NCBI GenBank assembly: GCA_907165135.1
Contig: OU015569.1
Coordinates: forward strand, 3,038,001-3,102,000
Reading direction: 5' to 3'
Length of the DNA stretch: 64,000 nucleotides
From: Oikopleura dioica
Lineage: Eukaryota > Animalia > Chordata
The notes below the pieces were generated by a model, which saw only the letters and a list, made by a program, of their open reading frames with translations, ran no database searches and was not told where the DNA came from. Positions 61,471-64,000 of the stretch are shown one piece after another. Position numbers and translations under genes: made by a program. Numbering within the stretch: the stretch's first letter is position 1; each line of letters starts with the position of its first letter.

Positions 61471-63175
61471 ATGGAATACATACCCACTTCGCAAGGGTCA
61501 GTCGGTCGGATCTTGTGCTGCCAATGTGGCGTTCCAATTGAACCAAATCCGACGAATACATGTGTGACTTGCTTGAAAGGGCAAGTGGACATCACCCAAG
61601 GAATCCCTCGACAGTCAGGTATTTATCATCTTCAACGCAAAAAAACGTCGACTTATCTAGTGGTTAACTTTTGTCGCGGCTGTGACCGATACCTTCAGCC
61701 ACCAAGCTCATGGATTCAAGCTGATCTCGAGTCGCGGGAATTGCTGACGCTCCTGATTAAGAAACTCAAGGGCAACTTGACAGATGTACGCCTCACCGAT
61801 GCTAGCTTCATTTGGACAGAACCGCATTCCAAGCGAATTAAAATCAAACTCACAGTGCAGAAAGAAATTCAAGAGGGAGCTGTTCTCGAGCAGATCATTC
61901 CCATTGAATTCGTTGTTCAAGGTAATTTCAAGGTATTGATTGAACAAGATTAACTTGTTATCAGGACAGCAGTGTACTGATTGCCAGCGAGTCGAAGCGA
62001 AGAACTTCTGGAAGAGCGTAGTGCAAGTGCGTCAAAAAGTCAAGCACAAACGAACTTTCCTCTACTTGGAACAAGTTATTCTAAAATACAACATGTTCGA
62101 GAACACTATCCGAATTGGCCCTACTCAGCACGGCCTCGATTTTTCTACGGCCGTCCTCAAGATAGCCGAAAACTTGTCGAATTCCTCCAACAAGTGGTGC
62201 CGATTAAGTACAAAACAGCTCAGAAGCTGGTCGGGCACGATACTCATAATGCAACTTATAACTATAAGCAAACTTATCACTGTGAACTGCCAGTAGTTTG
62301 CAAAGATGATCTTGTTTGTCTGGATAAAAAATTAGCCGCAAAAATGGGTGAGTAAGCTGTTAATTGAAATCAAGGAAGAGTAACTTCTTATTCAGGAAAT
62401 ATGGGACAGTTGTTGATCTGTCTTCGAGTGACTTCAACAATTCAGCTGATTGATCCGGCCACTCTTCAGCTCCGAGAAGTCGACGGGTCCCATTACTGGG
62501 CTAATCCTTTTGAACCGATTGCTTCTTCCGCGCGTTTGGTTAAGGTGAGGCTTATTTTGAAAATATCAGATGATTGAACATATTTTTTAGTTTGTAGTGA
62601 TGGAGAAAGAACTACTAGGAAAGAATGATAGAAACCACAAGGCGGGCCAGGGTAAACTGAGCTTCAAACACCAGCTGGCAGATCTTTACGTGATTCGCGA
62701 AGATGAGCTCGGCACTCACGACGACTACATTCACTGTAGAACACATTTGGGTCAACATCTCGACGTTGGAGATGAAGTCCTAGGTTATGACATGAAGAAT
62801 ATGAACTGCAACAGCGATGCCTTGGACGGAATGAATGGTAATCACCCTGACGCGGTGCTAGTGAGAAAGATCTATGGCGACTCTAGAAGACGAGCTCAAT
62901 TGCGAAAGTTCAAGCTGCGCCGAGTTATTGAATACAAAACTGATAAGGTACGAGTATTATTGAAAATAGTTGACTAATTCATGTTAAAGGATGACGAAGA
63001 TGTACAGCGAATGGAGGAAGAACTAGAAGAAGATCCAGAAGTGAGAACGAATGTTAATATGTATCACAACCCAGAAGCCAACTTCTCGGATAATGAAGAT
63101 TTGCCAAGAGTGGACCTTGCCGAGTTGTTAGACGCCGTTAATCTGGATGATAAAACTGTTCCAGCTGATTTTTAA
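61471..63175 (+). CDS. NMD3: 60S ribosomal export adaptor NMD3
   Basis: ILCCQCGVPIEPNPTNTCVTCL, FCRGCDRYLQPP, FIWTEPHSKRIKIKL, QQCTDCQRVEAKNFWKSVVQVRQKVKHKRTFLYLEQVILK and a C-terminal NES-like EELEEDPEVR...VDLAELLDAVNL. Confidence 0.96.
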
Positions 63176-63228
63176 ATCTAAAATTAACGTGTGCTGGATT
63201 ATCTCAAACAACTTTTTTCCGTTTCAGA

Positions 63229-64000
63229 ATGCGTTTTCTCCGTCGATTCTCGCTTCAAAGCAGAAGCTACAGAAAGCGATACGTAAAGGACTACGATTTT
63301 ATGGAGACGGTTCCGGCGGTCGAGGCGAATTTGAAAGAACACGGCTTCAGAAACATTGGCGGACACTTCGTCGATGCTTCCAAAATAACGAACATGCTCA
63401 TGCTCTCCGCTGATCGAGCACATTATGCGTATGTTCTGCCATTTCAACCCACTCCTATGCAGAAGTTGCTCGCAAGTTCGAGTAGCGAAGAGCTGTTGAA
63501 CACGATCATGGTTGAGTACAACCAACTATCAGACGATGACAGAAGTGAAGTGATAAAATATCTTGGCTTTGGGTCGAATCAGAATCTTCCCACGACGCAT
63601 CCAGCTGTTGCTAGGACCTTCATCGACGTTGCCAATTTACTTCCAAATGTTGATCCAACTGTTCTTCTCCCACTACTCAAGAGAGCCTCTGCTATGGAAT
63701 TCGATTCTTCTTCGAACTGTATCAAACAGATCACGACTTCCATCGAGTACAATATCAACGAGCTGGGGTTGATAGACTGCGCCCTGCTTCACGACACATT
63801 GAACAAGAAATACTCCTCAATGTATTCGAATTCCAGCACCGAAGCGTTGCTCAAAGCACGAGGGAAAGTTCTCTTCTCTCAAATGGAAATTCAAAACTAC
63901 CACGGGCAGGATAACTTCGATCTAGATGACGTGAGAATAGTTTGTCTACTGATGGAGCTTCTCGATTACCCTGCTCAAACGAGTCTACTCTCAACACTGG
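63229..64000 (+). CDS. Putative mitochondrial helical-repeat protein (partial, runs off the window)
   Basis: Arg-rich, acid-free presequence-like N-terminus MRFLRRFSLQSRSYRKRY. The ORF is open to ~63545 and a second long exon (QNLPTTHPAV...LLSTL) runs to the window end. It starts 53 nt after the NMD3 stop, behind tttcag|aATG. Confidence 0.6.
   Translation, partial: MRFLRRFSLQSRSYRKRYVKDYDFMETVPAVEANLKEHGFRNIGGHFVDASKITNMLMLSADRAHYAYVLPFQPTPMQKLLASSSSEELLNTIMVEYNQLSDDDRSEVIKYLGFGSNQNLPTTHPAVARTFIDVANLLPNVDPTVLLPLLKRASAMEFDSSSNCIKQITTSIEYNINELGLIDCALLHDTLNKKYSSMYSNSSTEALLKARGKVLFSQMEIQNYHGQDNFDLDDVRIVCLLMELLDYPAQTSLLSTL

Noticed and set aside
1-64000. CRISPR arrays, rRNA, tRNA and prokaryotic systems
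   Set aside because: None seen. The sequence is eukaryotic and intron-rich, and its repeats are TIR modules or simple duplications without spacers.

Overview
This is eukaryotic DNA from a very compact, intron-rich genome. It is most likely the appendicularian tunicate Oikopleura dioica, inferred from 35-60 nt introns, many GA-AG/GC-AG/GG-AG introns, same-strand genes 50-320 nt apart with AG acceptors just before the ATG, and TTAGGG tracts. Manual exon assembly gives, in order: a triple trefoil (P-type) domain gene, a GH35 beta-galactosidase, an unknown Cys-rich gene, a gene with H3-tail-like motifs and a chromo-like domain, a GABA-A beta-like Cys-loop channel, a Flower/TMEM72-like 4-TM protein, two acidic unknowns, an Ikaros-family zinc-finger gene with large introns, stomatin, and a lineage-specific secreted protein. 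The right part holds two divergent operon-like arrays. The minus array is NBS1-like, POMGNT1, AARSD1, PHPT1 and a secreted CULT protein. The plus array is RSL1D1, Raptor, a B-box/coiled-coil unknown, NMD3 and a putative mitochondrial protein. Three non-autonomous DNA transposons with target-site duplications are visible. The two strongest leads are (1) a highly divergent NBS1/nibrin orthologue and (2) a 9-bp-TSD transposon inside an AARSD1 coding exon that would be removed seamlessly as a new GG-AG intron. All gene models are hand-assembled; internal exon boundaries are approximate unless stated.
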